64,000 nt of DNA from Dipteris shenzhenensis (GCA_047967505.1 CM106538.1); one strand, 5' to 3'. Positions 35,345-48,276 are shown, counted from the first letter of the stretch. Notes: generated from the letters alone by a model not told the origin. Translations and numbers: made by a program.

Positions 35345-38300
35345 TGTAAAGAAAGAGGGAGAGAGATAGGAGACTCAAGTTCAGCTTTCTTCACAACACA
35401 CAAAAGAGAGAGGACACAAGGTTGGAGGGTGAAGCCTTTCTTCACTTTTGCACACAACAACAATACAATAGAAGAGGGAAATACCCTATATGTCAAAACC
35501 TAGAATACGTGGTTCATATGTGAACCCAAACCAAAAACATACGTGGTAGTCTAACTACACCACGAGTACAACTAACATAGGCGGTGACATAAATGATAGT
35601 CATCCAGGAGATATGTCGGGGATAGAGCTTGATATCTCAACACTCCCCCTCAAGCTCAAATCCATCTCACGTACACCAAGCGAGCTCCTAAATCTGCGAA
35701 GCTTCTCGGTACCCAATGCCTTCGTAAAGATATCAGCCACCTGCTCCTCAGTGCTGACATAGACAAGATCAATCTCACCAGCTAGAACCTTCTCTCTCAC
35801 AAAGTGATAATGCACCTCAATGTGCTTCGTTCTAGCATGATAAACTGGGTTATTAGCAAGCATGATGCTGCTAATGTTGTCACAATGAATGACAACTGCT
35901 GCATGAACTGACTGTCCCATATCTGCAAGTAGCTTCCGTAACCAAGCTACCTCACATGCAGCCATTGCTGCACCCCTGTACTCAGCCTCTGTGCTTGACA
36001 AGGCAACTGTTGGCTGCTTCTTGCTGCTCCAACTGATGGCACCACTCCCAAGGGAAAACATAAAACCATTAGTAGATCTCCTGTCTGAGACACTACCAGC
36101 CCAGTCAGCATCTGTGTATCCATGTACCTGTAATGCACACCCAGCTTCATAAAACAGTCCATAATGCAATGTGGACTTCACATACCGCAGTATGCGCCTA
36201 GCCGCATCCAAATGTGGCTTCCTCGGTGCCTGCATAAACTGACTCACCAGCCCCACAGCATAGCTCAAATCTGGTCGGGTTATAGTCATGTAAATCAAGC
36301 TACCTACTATGCGCCTGTACATAGTAATATCTTCAAGAAGCTCACCTGACTCTGCATTGAGCTTCACATTCTGCTCCAATGGAACAGAGATAGGCTTACA
36401 GCCTGTCATCCCATATTTGGACAGCATGTCCAAACCGTATTGCCTTTGCAACAGCCATATCCCACTCGGGGATCTAATAACCTCAATGCCCAAGAAGTAA
36501 CGCAGTTCTCCCAAATCCTTCATCTCAAATTTTTGCTTCAACAGCAGCTTCACTTCATTAATGTCTGCATCACTATCACCTGTAATAATCAAGTCATCAA
36601 CATAGATGACTATAAGCACAATCCCTCTGTTTGTCCTTTTCACATAAAGTGAAAAATCTGAATTGGAAATCTGAAATCCAATAGTGACAAGATATTGCCC
36701 TATCTTGTCTGACCATGCCCTCGGCGCCTGTTTTAAGCCATACAAGGCTTTGCGCAACCTGCATACAAAATCGGGGTGTGCATTATCCTCATAACCTTCT
36801 GGCTGCATCATATAAACCTCTTCCTGCAAGTCACCATGCAAGAAGGCATTTTTCACATCCATCTGATGCAAAGACCATCCCTTTGCAGCAGCCATAGCAA
36901 TTACTGCTCTCACGGTTGCCATCCTTGCAACTGGGCTGAAAGTTTCCTCATAGTCAATTCCATATGTCTGTGCAAAACCTTTGGCAACCAATCTTGCCTT
37001 GTACCTGCTAACAGACCCATCAGCATTGTGCTTTACTTTGTAAACCCACTTGCAGCCAATAGCCTTCTTATCATGAGGCAAAGGCATCAAATCCCAAGTG
37101 TGGTTTGCATCCAAGGCAGCCATCTCTTCATCCATAGCTGCTTCCCAATTTTTATGCCCTGCTGCATCCTCAAAACATGTGGGCTCTGGCTCCTCTAGAA
37201 CCTTGACCATATAAGCATAGTGATGTGCTGTATACACATCATATCTCAGCCTGTCAACTGGATACTTAATACGAGTGGACCTCCGTACAACTGGATCAGT
37301 TGCAGGCGTCTTTAAATCATTCCTGCTTTTCCTTGCACCAGGTGTAACAACAGAAGGAATCCCAAGTTCCTCATCAAGGCTCATTTCAGAGCCGCTTGAC
37401 TCTCCATCAACATGAGAGCTACCAGCAGACACATCAAATACTGGAGCATGGTCCACTTTTTCTTTTCCCTTATGTGATACCTGCACAGCACTATCAGGAC
37501 TGCCATGTGACGATTCACTAGATCTCAATCTCCCTGTCCATGCATTAGATCCACTAGTAGAGGACTCTCTGGGTCCACTCAAGGCTTGAGATTGCTGCTC
37601 TGCATTTATTGCAGCATTCCCATTTCCTGCATCTGCATCTCCTACCATAACAGTTGGTGCATACCAGCTGCTCATTTCATCAAAAACAACATCTCTGCTC
37701 ACTTGCATTTTGCGGGTGGAAGGGTTATAACAGCGATACCCTTTCTGGTGCTGAGCATATCCAATAAAGATGCATTTTTCTGCCTTTGGATCCAGCTTTG
37801 TTCTCTTCTCATCAGGAACATGAACATAAGCTATGCAACCAAATACCTTCAAGTGAGAAATATCTGGTTTTTGGCCTGTATACATTTCTTCAGGCGTCAT
37901 GCCATGGACAGCTGCAGTGGGGGTTCTGTTCATAATATAAACAGCAATTGCTACTGCTTCAGCCCAAAAATAATCAGGCATGTTTTTCTCATTTAGGATC
38001 GCCCGTCCTACTTCTGCAATATGCCTGTTCTTCCTTTCTGCAACCCCATTCTGCTGAGGGGTAGACCTGCATGAGTACTTCCTTTGAATTCCCTGTTCTT
38101 TCAGATATTCACAAAATTCTTCTGAAAAGTACTCTCCCCCTCCATCAGATCTTAGCACTTTAATATGCACACCTTTCTCTTTTTCAACCATGGCCTTAAA
38201 AGCCTTGAAATGGCTGAACACTTCACTTTTGTGCTTCATAAAATAAATCCACACCTTCCTAGTGTAGTCATCAATAAACGTCACATAATAATGGCATCCA

Positions 38301-40634
38301 CCAATAGAAGCAGCTTTGGTTGTCCAAACATCTGAATGGATCACTTCCAAAGGTCTTCTGCTCACCTTAGCATTTTTGGGAAATGCATGTCTGGCCTGCT
38401 TACCCATTTGGCATGCTTCACATACCTTTTGCATTCCCTCAACTCTGAATTTAGGCAAACCTGCAACAATGTTTTTCGTTTGCATAGATTTCAGCCTTTG
38501 TATATTCACGTGCCCAATGCGCTTGTGCCATATCTCAATATCTGCAATGACACCTCTTCCATGCGCAAACATAGCAGCTTTCACCTCAGGCATATCAACA
38601 TCCAAGGTGAACATTCTGCCATTTTTGTTGCCTTTCGCAACCAAGCGGCACTTATTTTTCAAGTCCTCAACGAAGCATCCATCAGGGTTAAATCTAACCT
38701 GCAGACCTTGCTCAACCATCTGGCCAACTGAAACCAGGTTCTTAGTGATTTTTGGAACATGAAGTACATCTGCCAAGTACTTTGTTTTGCCATCCTGCAT
38801 AGCCAATGGCACTTTACCAACCTGCGTAATTGGGTGCGCAGTATCATCACCTGTTTCAACATAACCTGGCTTATCCAAATTTCTGACATCATGAAACCAC
38901 TCACCATGACTGGTCATGTGGTTAGAGGCACCTGAATCAACATACCAAACATCATTGCAAGCTGCAGCATCTCCTGACATGGAGTTAACCATATGCTGCA
39001 TCACAAAAAGGTGCTCATTTCTGTCGTCACCATGCCCACTTGATGATGCATAGTTGCTTTGCTGCAACTTCCCACTTTTGATGTCATTCTGTTTTTTATA
39101 GCATGTATTCTCCTTGTGTCCAGGCTTTCCACAATAATAGCATTCTGTGCTGCTATTTACTTGCTGGTTCCTTTGCCATGAACCACGGCCTCTTTGGCTC
39201 CCCCTGCCTCTAGAACTACCACGTCCTCCTCCATAGGACTGGTTTTCCTGTTGTTGCTGTTGGTTCTGATTTCCTGCACGGCCACCAGAACGGCCTCTTC
39301 CTCTACCCCTGCCTCTACCTGTATTCGAGTAGAAAGCAGTCTCTTGAGAAGTTGAGGTGGCTGAACCACCATTCCTTTGCTCTTCACTCAGCAAGAGAGC
39401 AATAAGTTCCTGAAAATCAGGAAATGTTTCACGGACTCCAATGGATGTCCGAAATTGTGCATAATCTTTCCCAAGACCATTCAAGGTCACGGACACTAAG
39501 TCCTCATCATCAACAGGTGCTCCAATGGAGGCAAGAGAATCTGCAAGGCCTTTCACCTTCAAGGAATACTCATTTATATTCAGATTTTTCCTTTGCACAT
39601 TGTGCAACTCCTGCTTTAGCTGCATCTTTCGTGCTTTGGTATTTGTGCTATACAGCTTCACCAATGTATCCCATGCCTCCTTAGGCGTCTCTAGATCCTG
39701 TATATGCACAATCATAGAATCTGAAATGCTAACGGACAGCCAATACAGGCATTTTCTGGCTTTTTCATGCCATTCTTTAAAGGCCTTCAATTCAGCAGGA
39801 GTGGGAGTAGCACCCAAAACTGGTTCTGCAGTTTCACCACTGATGTAATCCCAAACTCCCTTTCCCATAAAGAAGTTTGTCATCCTGAACTTCCATGCTT
39901 GGAAGTTGTTCTTGTCAAGCTTCTCACTGACAATGGTAGACAGATTCTCAGACATTTTACAAATCACGAATTGCAACAGCAACCTGTAAACACAGCAAAT
40001 GCCTCAGAAGGGCAAATAGCAAAACTTCTGCAAAGAGCCTCACAGGGGCAGATCTGCAACACTGACGAAAGTGGTATTTCACCACACAGTCACTTCCTCG
40101 TGACGATTTTGCATCAACAGGCAACAGGCATGAATCTGCAACTCCCAATATCTCTGCACATAGGCATACGATGCAATTTCTATGGCACCTTTCCACCGAC
40201 TAGCCGCGCGGTGGTCGCACAGCAAAAACAGGGCCTTTTTCTGAGTGCCTGCGAAGATCTTCCGCCTTCAAAACGGGCCCCGAAACGGCCTCAAAACGGG
40301 CCCCGAAACGGCCTCAAATTATACTGCGCTCTCGCCGCACCGCGAAGGGCCTCTCAATCTGAAGCAGTGCACTCCTGCACTTCTGGCTGTGCTACCTGCA
40401 GAGATTTGCTCCCAAACTCGAAATAGGAAAGCTACACTGGTCCTCTTACCAGGACACCACAAACTTGGCTAGCTTTCTTGAGCTCCTTACCAAGAACAAG
40501 GCTCTGATACCATGTAAAGAAAGAGGGAGAGAGATAGGAGACTCAAGTTCAGCTTTCTTCACAACACACAAAAGAGAGAGGACACAAGGTTGGAGGGTGA
40601 AGCCTTTCTTCACTTTTGCACACAACAACAATAC
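35345..40634 (-). mobile_element. Ty1/copia LTR retrotransposon with intact gag-pol; full 3' LTR (35345-35642) but only 122 bp of 5' LTR (40513-40634)
   Basis: PBS TGGTATCAGAGC at 40501-40512 (minus); PPT GAGGGGGAG abutting TGTTG at 35642; the shared LTR part is identical; no TSD found. Confidence 0.93.
35600..39955 (-). CDS. gag-pol: Copia Gag-Pol polyprotein (Gag, CCHC, protease, integrase, RT, RNase H), ~1451 aa from MSENL
   Basis: Single open frame with CYYCGKPGHKENTC, WYVDSGASNHM, WHKRIGH, DGGGE, YKARLVAKG, QMDVKNAFL, YVDD, ADIFTK. Confidence 0.96.
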   Translation of the reverse strand: MSENLSTIVSEKLDKNNFQAWKFRMTNFFMGKGVWDYISGETAEPVLGATPTPAELKAFKEWHEKARKCLYWLSVSISDSMIVHIQDLETPKEAWDTLVKLYSTNTKARKMQLKQELHNVQRKNLNINEYSLKVKGLADSLASIGAPVDDEDLVSVTLNGLGKDYAQFRTSIGVRETFPDFQELIALLLSEEQRNGGSATSTSQETAFYSNTGRGRGRGRGRSGGRAGNQNQQQQQENQSYGGGRGSSRGRGSQRGRGSWQRNQQVNSSTECYYCGKPGHKENTCYKKQNDIKSGKLQQSNYASSSGHGDDRNEHLFVMQHMVNSMSGDAAACNDVWYVDSGASNHMTSHGEWFHDVRNLDKPGYVETGDDTAHPITQVGKVPLAMQDGKTKYLADVLHVPKITKNLVSVGQMVEQGLQVRFNPDGCFVEDLKNKCRLVAKGNKNGRMFTLDVDMPEVKAAMFAHGRGVIADIEIWHKRIGHVNIQRLKSMQTKNIVAGLPKFRVEGMQKVCEACQMGKQARHAFPKNAKVSRRPLEVIHSDVWTTKAASIGGCHYYVTFIDDYTRKVWIYFMKHKSEVFSHFKAFKAMVEKEKGVHIKVLRSDGGGEYFSEEFCEYLKEQGIQRKYSCRSTPQQNGVAERKNRHIAEVGRAILNEKNMPDYFWAEAVAIAVYIMNRTPTAAVHGMTPEEMYTGQKPDISHLKVFGCIAYVHVPDEKRTKLDPKAEKCIFIGYAQHQKGYRCYNPSTRKMQVSRDVVFDEMSSWYAPTVMVGDADAGNGNAAINAEQQSQALSGPRESSTSGSNAWTGRLRSSESSHGSPDSAVQVSHKGKEKVDHAPVFDVSAGSSHVDGESSGSEMSLDEELGIPSVVTPGARKSRNDLKTPATDPVVRRSTRIKYPVDRLRYDVYTAHHYAYMVKVLEEPEPTCFEDAAGHKNWEAAMDEEMAALDANHTWDLMPLPHDKKAIGCKWVYKVKHNADGSVSRYKARLVAKGFAQTYGIDYEETFSPVARMATVRAVIAMAAAKGWSLHQMDVKNAFLHGDLQEEVYMMQPEGYEDNAHPDFVCRLRKALYGLKQAPRAWSDKIGQYLVTIGFQISNSDFSLYVKRTNRGIVLIVIYVDDLIITGDSDADINEVKLLLKQKFEMKDLGELRYFLGIEVIRSPSGIWLLQRQYGLDMLSKYGMTGCKPISVPLEQNVKLNAESGELLEDITMYRRIVGSLIYMTITRPDLSYAVGLVSQFMQAPRKPHLDAARRILRYVKSTLHYGLFYEAGCALQVHGYTDADWAGSVSDRRSTNGFMFSLGSGAISWSSKKQPTVALSSTEAEYRGAAMAACEVAWLRKLLADMGQSVHAAVVIHCDNISSIMLANNPVYHARTKHIEVHYHFVREKVLAGEIDLVYVSTEEQVADIFTKALGTEKLRRFRSSLGVREMDLSLRGSVEISSSIPDISPG

Positions 40635-43600
40635 TAATGCATGTGCAAACCTCAAAAGTCAATGACAAAGGGCAAAAACAACCTCAAGTGAATGAGGTAC
40701 CGGGGTATTTTACATGTACATTTTGATTCTCTAAAAGATTTTGGGTGTGTGAAATATTTGTGTGTTTTGACATGCAGATCAAATCAATAGTGCTCTTAAG
40801 CACCATCGAGAGCAACATGCCGAAGAATGATCAAAGCTAGCAAAGCATAGAAGAAAGTGCTTCAAGAATCCCTCTCTTTATGGACAGTATGGATAAAAGG
40901 AAGACCAATTTGTCTCACTTAAAGAGAGTTTCAAAAGATGTGAAGAAAGATACAATTGTGCAAATGCATCTTGTGGGGGGCTCATGGGATGTCACTTATA
41001 TCACAAAAAGCTCCAAGCTAGGGTATTTTCAATTATCTAGATTTGCATAAATATATTAATCATGATAAATCATCATATTCTCACGTTGTGGGAAGGCCCA
41101 CTTCCAAGAACACTATATATCCATCTCGACAATACAGGTAACAGCAAGAAAAACAAAAACTAGACATTCTTCCATACATGTGTATGTTTGTGGATAAGGG
41201 AATTGTTGATAAGATCAAAGTTGGATTCCTATTGGTTGGTCATACTCACGATCACATATATTAAATACCTAGTACATTCTCCAAGAAACGTGGAAGAAAT
41301 TATGCATTCACTTTAGTAGAGATGATGGATAGATTGTGAAAGAATCTTATATTTCACAACCTGAAGTTTATCACTTAAAAAAGACTTACGATTTCATGAG
41401 ATTTATTCAAGGTGGACCAGGTGATGAATTTTGTATCAAGAGGTTGAATGAGGAGAGCTTTCAACATTAATTTCTCATAAAGAAAAAAGCATATCAAAGA
41501 ACATATCTATATGGTAAGCAATATGCCTCTTCTTTAGATTGGGTATCCATGGGTGGCTTCCCATTCCTATCTTCTTTCGGACTAGTCCGTGAAATTAATG
41601 CTTCAATGCTAGAACCTCTAGTGACTGAGAGTGAGGTAAAATAGGCACAAGATCAAGGAAGGAATTCGACTATGAAAGGTGCATGTCAGAGAATAGAAAT
41701 TTGATAGAGAAGGAAAAAACATACTCTAGAAGTGTAGACAATGGAATGTGGTGGAATACTTTCTTTGAATACCAAGCCCTCATCCTTGAATGGTTCAAGA
41801 GTAACACTACTACTTTGTGCAATGATTTTGTATGGCCAACATATCATCCTCATTCAGAAAAGTTGTACCACCTAAAAGTCTATCACTTGAGGCTGAAGCT
41901 TTAAGCAACATATTTGCACGAGCGATGTATCTTGGTGCACGACTATCTTGCCAAAGACAAAAAGAGCCCACTAAAATGTGGTAGGTTTTGTACAAGATTT
42001 AAAGTGTGGATTGATGATTGCAACTGTTGCTTAAGAGGACCCTCTTGGACATCCATTCTGGATTGAAAAAGTGGTAGAAATTCAAAATTCTATGCAAGGG
42101 TAGGTAACTTCCATTGTTGTGCAATGGTTTAGGACTACACATGCTAATCCATTGAAAGGAAAATATGCTCCTCAAATAGTTGCATGTCCAAAAAAGAAAA
42201 GGACAAGAAGGGACACCAAAAAACAACCACAATTGGATGTTCTTGCTTAGAGAAGTAGACATACTTGTTTATGATCTTCAACTTATAAATGATGGATGCC
42301 TAAGGAAGAAGAAAATAGATGTTCTCTTTGAGAAGGTTCCATCCTATGCAACACATCTTGTTGGATCCTCCTCCTTTAGACTCACACGGTTGCAAATGGA
42401 AGGGGCACTAGACCTTCATAGGGACAAAGAGAATGTTCTTGTTAATAGTGTGGAGGAGGATGAATCATCCACTTTTGGATCATCATGAAATCATGACAAT
42501 GACCTTAATGATAATGAAACTGTAGGTGTTGATACAGATTAGGATGCACTTGTAGAGTGAGATAGTGCATGTACACTCTTTGGTTATGTAGGAATCTCAT
42601 AATGTTCATATTTTTTTGAATATCAGTGTATCAAACAATTGCCTAGCTTTTCAATTCCTCTTATGAAATTACCAAACTATACGAACTGTGTATTGTGTTT
42701 TTTAAAAATATGTAAATTTTGACACATTTAAAAATTGCTAAGAGAAAAGCTCTTAAATTTAGGACATTTTTCTGCATACCTTTTTTCCCATAATGATATT
42801 GTGCAATAGTATTTTTAATTATGATAAAAAAGTATCATTTTTTTTCAAAATTCCATTTAATTCTCGTTTGTGCACAATGTTACTCACTTTATATGCAATA
42901 TTGTTAGTGTGCGAAAGAATCGCTCATGAATTGACAGGTGTTGAGCTCTACGATGTTTGAAACATCAAGTTTTGACAGATTGCATCTCATTATTATGCCA
43001 TAAAAAATTCTGGTGAGAGAGCGAGTTCATTCAAAATTCAAAATGTCACCCCTCGATGCATTGCATCACGGCCGTAAACTATCCCTAAAATAGTTCAGTG
43101 ATTGGCTACACTCGATTATGCATTGACTCACATTAGTTTCAATATTTTGTCATTTGGAAAAAAAATCATGGATGCTGATAAAGCATTCCAAAAAGAACTA
43201 TAGACCCGTATGTATTAATGTAATGCTTATACTGTAATGCTGTGATAAGAATAATCCATATGTGATGCTAATACTAAGATCACTAACAATGAGTCGCCCA
43301 CTTTCTAGAAAGATTCTAGCACAAATAGCATCAAAAGATGCTTCCAAAACCACCAAAATTATTGTATAGTGATGAGCCGTAATTTTCTCCAATGTTAAAG
43401 ACGTGTATTGTTGTCATCTTTTCAAATCTTATGCCACGAGTATGCCACTTGGTATTTGTATCATCTTGACGTCAAGAATTACTTTAATATGTGTAAAGTA
43501 AAAAAGAGCACTTAATCTGTATTAAGTCAAGATAAGTGCTCTTGGATCACGTCAAGCATCGAGGTCTTTGTACTAAAATTCATGAAATCCTTCAAAGAAG

Positions 43601-43732
43601 ACAACTCTCCGTTACCCTTCTATGAAAATAGTCCTAACAATTGTAATCCATTACATTATTGTGGTACACCTTTTAACCCACCTTTGCATAAAAAGCTTCT
43701 ATATATATGTGTGTGTGGGTGTGTGGGTGTAT

Positions 43733-43779
<47 letters not shown>

Positions 43780-44623
43780 CATATAGTAAACAAGGTGGGG
43801 TTCCCACTATGGCCTTACCTTTTGGAGTGTCATTATAAGTCCAAGTGTAAGTAGCTCGATAAATATTTCGAATCACTTGTGAAAGGAAACGATAGGTGTA
43901 AATTGGAAGGAAAGGAAAAGAGAAAAGCAAGTGAATGTGAAGGAATATCTGGAAAGGTACATGAGTGAAAGAGAGGAGAGAAAAGACGTGAAAAGGTGTA
44001 TGTGTGTGTGTGTGTGTGTGTGTGATGGATGGGCCATTAAATAAAAGTGGGGACGAGTGCCTATTTTGGTGAAAGTAATATAAATGTGGTGTCATACAAG
44101 AGACAAAGAGAGCCTCCATCTTTAGAGAGAGATACCTAACAAAAGACAAAAGCTTTAGGATTAAGACAAAAAAACATTTAGGACCTCCACAAGCAGACAA
44201 AAACCTTAAACCCTAAACACACTAGAATTCCTTAAACTTCTACTAACCCACATTTAAGCCTCATACTAACCAAAATTTGTAAGGTCAAATTGACCAAATG
44301 AACTAATTTCAAAGCTATGGCCCTTATTAGCAACTCACTAACCAAGTCATCCCTTAGGACCCTTGGAGGGGCAAAATACACAAACACATATATACACACA
44401 CATATATATATAGAGAGAGAGAGAGAGAGATTGCTAGACATTGGTTGGGATGGGTTTTACTAATACAGCGAGAATAAAGAGGAACGAAGTTTGCTGCAAA
44501 TAGTTATCATGAAGAAGTCCTTAGTGAATGGACCAAGGGAGTCCATTCATGTGGGAGACAAAAGAGCGAATGAAACAGAAAAGGTGAAGCAAATGAGGAA
44601 GGTGAATAAATGATCCTGTTGTG

Positions 44624-45773
44624 TCACAAGTCTTGCAGCTGGAAGCAGCCCACAAGCTCATTCCAGCATTCACAAATCGATTGGTGCTTGCAGAGTGCAT
44701 CGCTTCCTTCCATCATCAACCACAAATCATGATTAATGTGATGGTTGACTCCGTCAGCAGATTGTTCGTGCGTGCCTGTGGTTATCAGATTGCTGCGTCG
44801 AATATTGATCTGTTCCTGGGAGTCGTGTGTGCGGAAATTAGCACTGATATTGCTGCCGCAGAACGTTAATTCGCTAGACGGTTCTGCAATCTGCACCTGC
44901 TTAGTTGATGAATCGTTGCTCGTTGCTACCGTTATTTTATTGGTTATGCGATCGATCCACATCGCCCATTCCGATTCTATTGAGACTTGATTCACGGTCC
45001 TTGCGGAATTAATTGCTTGGGCCTCTTGCGCATTGATCTGGGTGTCCGGAGAGATAGTCGACTCTCCAGAAGTACCCTCAGCATCAAAGAACGATGTGAA
45101 CACAGTTCGCAGCACGGGAATCTTCGCATGACAAACAGGGTTCATCCCTCTGCTGCCACACTCTTCTTTCTCAATCGCGCATGGGGTTTCACTCGTAGTT
45201 GATTCTGTTTTATCGATGCTAATTGTCGTCCGCTGTTTCTGTTCTCGTCTCCTCATGAAAATGTGCCACATGTTCTTCACATCGTTGTCTGTTCTCCCCA
45301 CAAGATGCGCAGCTATCTTGGTCCATCTGTTGTGAGAAAGAACATTTGAGGCAGCGATGTAGTAGTATTCATCGAGTGTCATCAGTCAAAAGTGGAATCT
45401 CATCAATCATAGCAACTACACTCTTCAATACCAATACCTGTTTCCATAGAGTTTTTGCAGCTCATATACATGCATCGCTTCCTCCATCGAGAATTTCCCA
45501 CGCTTTATGCCTGGTCTCAAGTGGTTCATCCAACGTCTCCTACAGCTCTTTCCGCATCTTCCCAGACCTGCTCAGCATCGCAACTGTAAGCCATTTCCAA
45601 AGGAACCTATTCAATCGGCTATGAGAGAGATATATAAATATATCTAGCAAGGATCCACTCACCCGCTTGACGAGCTATGTCGCTCCAAGTGAGGTGGGTT
45701 CGCGGCTCGCGGCCAGGATTCTCAGCAGCTTTTCATCCTCTTCGGGTGACCAAAGAGCTCTCATGCTTACCAT
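44624..45773 (-). pseudogene. MYB: R2R3-MYB transcription factor, 3 exons, with an apparent 1-bp deletion in exon 1
   Basis: Exon 1 45773-45663 (WSPEEDEKL...frameshift...TWSDIARQAG); exon 2 45567-45438 (130 nt: [29 protein letters not shown]...YGNR); exon 3 45326-44624 (WTKIAAHLVGRTDNDVKNMW). Confidence 0.88.
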
Positions 45774-48227
45774 TACCTATGATCCAATTCAGATTTTGAG
45801 TTTAACAGCTATTAATGCATGATCGCGAGCTGCAATATAGCTCAGAGAGACTGATGATATTTTGCTATCTTTACCAATTCCCACGACGGTCTAGTTCTAG
45901 TTCTAGCTTTACTTCGAGACTTGAGCGACTAACCTTTTACGACCGTCAACGAAGATCTCTACGAGGAAGCACACTAGATTGAATTAGTAGTAGGACTGTG
46001 CGTCAACACTGATTGAATATTGTGTTAGGCTGCGCCTTGTGGCTGACGCCGTTCACAAACCGTGAAAACACGCTTTGGGACAAGGAAGCACTTTCTTCCT
46101 GTAGGGATGTTGCGGCGCCAGAACGCCAAAGGCTTGAGACTGTGCGCCTTGTTGCTGTCTTATGATAGGATAGAGCACGGATCACATTTCAATGGATATC
46201 CCTGGACAGTCCATGTATAATTTGTAAACCCATGTCACAGATCATCAGGGTTCAGAAATATCGAGTCAGGAAAGAGTTTTCCGGTCATGAGATGTCTGGT
46301 GGATGTTTGGCCAACACAGAAAGCCAGTGGTCTTGCTGCTTCAATGCACGGACTGATGTGAATGCACAACAAACTATTAATGTGGACATATAATGTATAA
46401 GGTGCAAAATTGTGCAATCCAGCTTCCAGGTGCTAGGACCGGGCTGGATTACGATGAAGAGCCGGCTTCACGAATAGCAGTTTGAAACTCGCATCACCCC
46501 GGCCGCTGGCTCAAGCCTCAGTCTTTGCTCGATCCATTTTTCACGCAAACATGCTGATTTCAACAATAACGACGTGCAATCTATCTGTGCTTTCGACAAG
46601 GCAATCTGAGTCCAATCATTGTCGTTGTCATAGTTTCTGCCAGAGATTCGTCGAGCAAAAGCATCAGAGATTCAGAGGTTGCAAATCTTTGACTGAAAAA
46701 ATATGATTCGAATGGATTAGACTGTATAAGTTGATTCTTCAAATGGTTGAGTCATTGTTTTCATAGACCTCGGGAATGATTTGCAAGAATTGACAACGTG
46801 AGATGACAACCGAGACTGAGCAGTTGAACCGTGAACGTGTGGCTTCAAGCTTCAATGGAGTGTTAGGGCCTGAGGGGGGGCCTTCCTGAAATGTGCAGGT
46901 TTGAGTGATCGCCCACTTAAGTGTTCTGCTGCCTGTCAACGTAATCCACTGGCGGTTGTGTCCCTCGTAGATGTGGGAATTAATTTTTTCTTAACTCAAA
47001 TTTTAACTACTTTTTAACTTTCACTCTTAAGAAAAACTCTTTAAGAGAAATTCTAACAAGGTGAAAGCTTTCACAAGGCCTGCCAAAATGAATCACGAGG
47101 CTAGCTATGTATTGAATGATGGTGGAGATAAAAATGAATCACCAGGGTAGCTAGGTATTGAATGAAGGTGGAGATAGAGAGTCACTAAAATTTCTTAGAG
47201 AACAAAGAAAACTTAATGCAATAGATCTACAAGAAAGAAGCCACTCTTAATTCCCAAATATTTCATCACTCTCTCCTAAAAAGATGTATTGGTCGCATCA
47301 TTAGTTCCCATGAAGTCTAAAGTAGATTATAAGCCAAGCCGAGTTGTCCCATGCAGCATAGACAAGCCACAATGCACAGCTTCAATCCACGATTTTCCCT
47401 TCCAACCGAAAGAAATAAATGATATAGATCGCAAGAAAGAGGCCTACAAGAAACGAGCTTGTAGGTCTCCTCTCACAAGTAAAGCAACTCCTTTCGAGGA
47501 GGTGAGTTGCACATCTTACATGACACTTCTGTTTACCAAGTTTTCAAAGGGCCGCTTCTGTGCTTACATGCATTTCTCAGACAATAGCTAATCTGCTCGA
47601 GCCTTCGTTACTAGCTGCCAATCTGAGCTCCTCTAAGTATGTAACTGGTAGGAAGCAGATCATGCATTCTATAGAGGGTATGGTCAGTCATCAAAACAAG
47701 CAAAAGTTGTGGAGGTAGGCTGGATTCAAGGCATAGGATGATAAGAAGCGAGTCAAAAGATGATTTAGTGCTGGAAAGAGCATAAAGAAGCCTCAAAAAG
47801 ATGCGAAAACAATGGAGAACTTGTTCACTACCTTGAAGATAATTCGAAAGGAGGTGGGGGGATGCACGTTGCTATGCACTCTTCTCTTATTAAGGTGTAG
47901 ATACATGCAAGTTAAAGATCGAGTTGAAGCAAGTTGAGCAGGTTATGCCCATGGTAACAACATGTGTCAAATGAAATTACAACAAAAGCTGAAGGGGACC
48001 ACCAAGTAAAGGTGGAGGAGGCAATGTGTGAAGAAAAGCAAGAAGAAAGTGAGAGTAAGGTGAAAAATAATGGGGTAAAAGTTGTGGCAATGGAAGGCTT
48101 GAAAGGTTGTGGTTATGAAGAAGAAGAAAGTGAGAGTAAAGTGAAAAATGAAAGGGTAAAAGCTATGGCAAAGGAAGGCTTGAAAGATTGTGGCTATGAA
48201 GAAAAAGAAAGGCGCTCCCACTACATT

Positions 48228-48276
<49 letters not shown>

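Larger units (their letters stand above)
34168..42490 (+). pseudogene. Second, more degraded Sola-like (DUF7869-type) transposase locus interrupted by a copia element
   Basis: After the copia: FMDSMDKRKT (~40880), LDN..KKNKN (~41125-41160), VGFLLVGHTHDHI (~41220-41258). An acidic N-terminal ORF 34435..35133 lies before the copia; linkage of the two halves is inferred. Confidence 0.6.

Noticed and set aside
35345-35467. Treating the copia as having two complete ~122-bp LTRs
   Set aside because: The PPT abuts TGTTG at 35642, the sister family has ~351-bp LTRs starting with the same TGTTGAGATATC, and no TSD flanks the short repeats.
36164-40426. Antisense ORFs inside the copia elements (also 59343-63842)
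   Set aside because: Shadow frames of gag-pol or the leader with no independent motifs.
45900-46960. Second gene or MYB fragment upstream of the MYB
   Set aside because: CpG-rich but with no recognisable motif or consistent exon structure; more likely upstream regulatory DNA.
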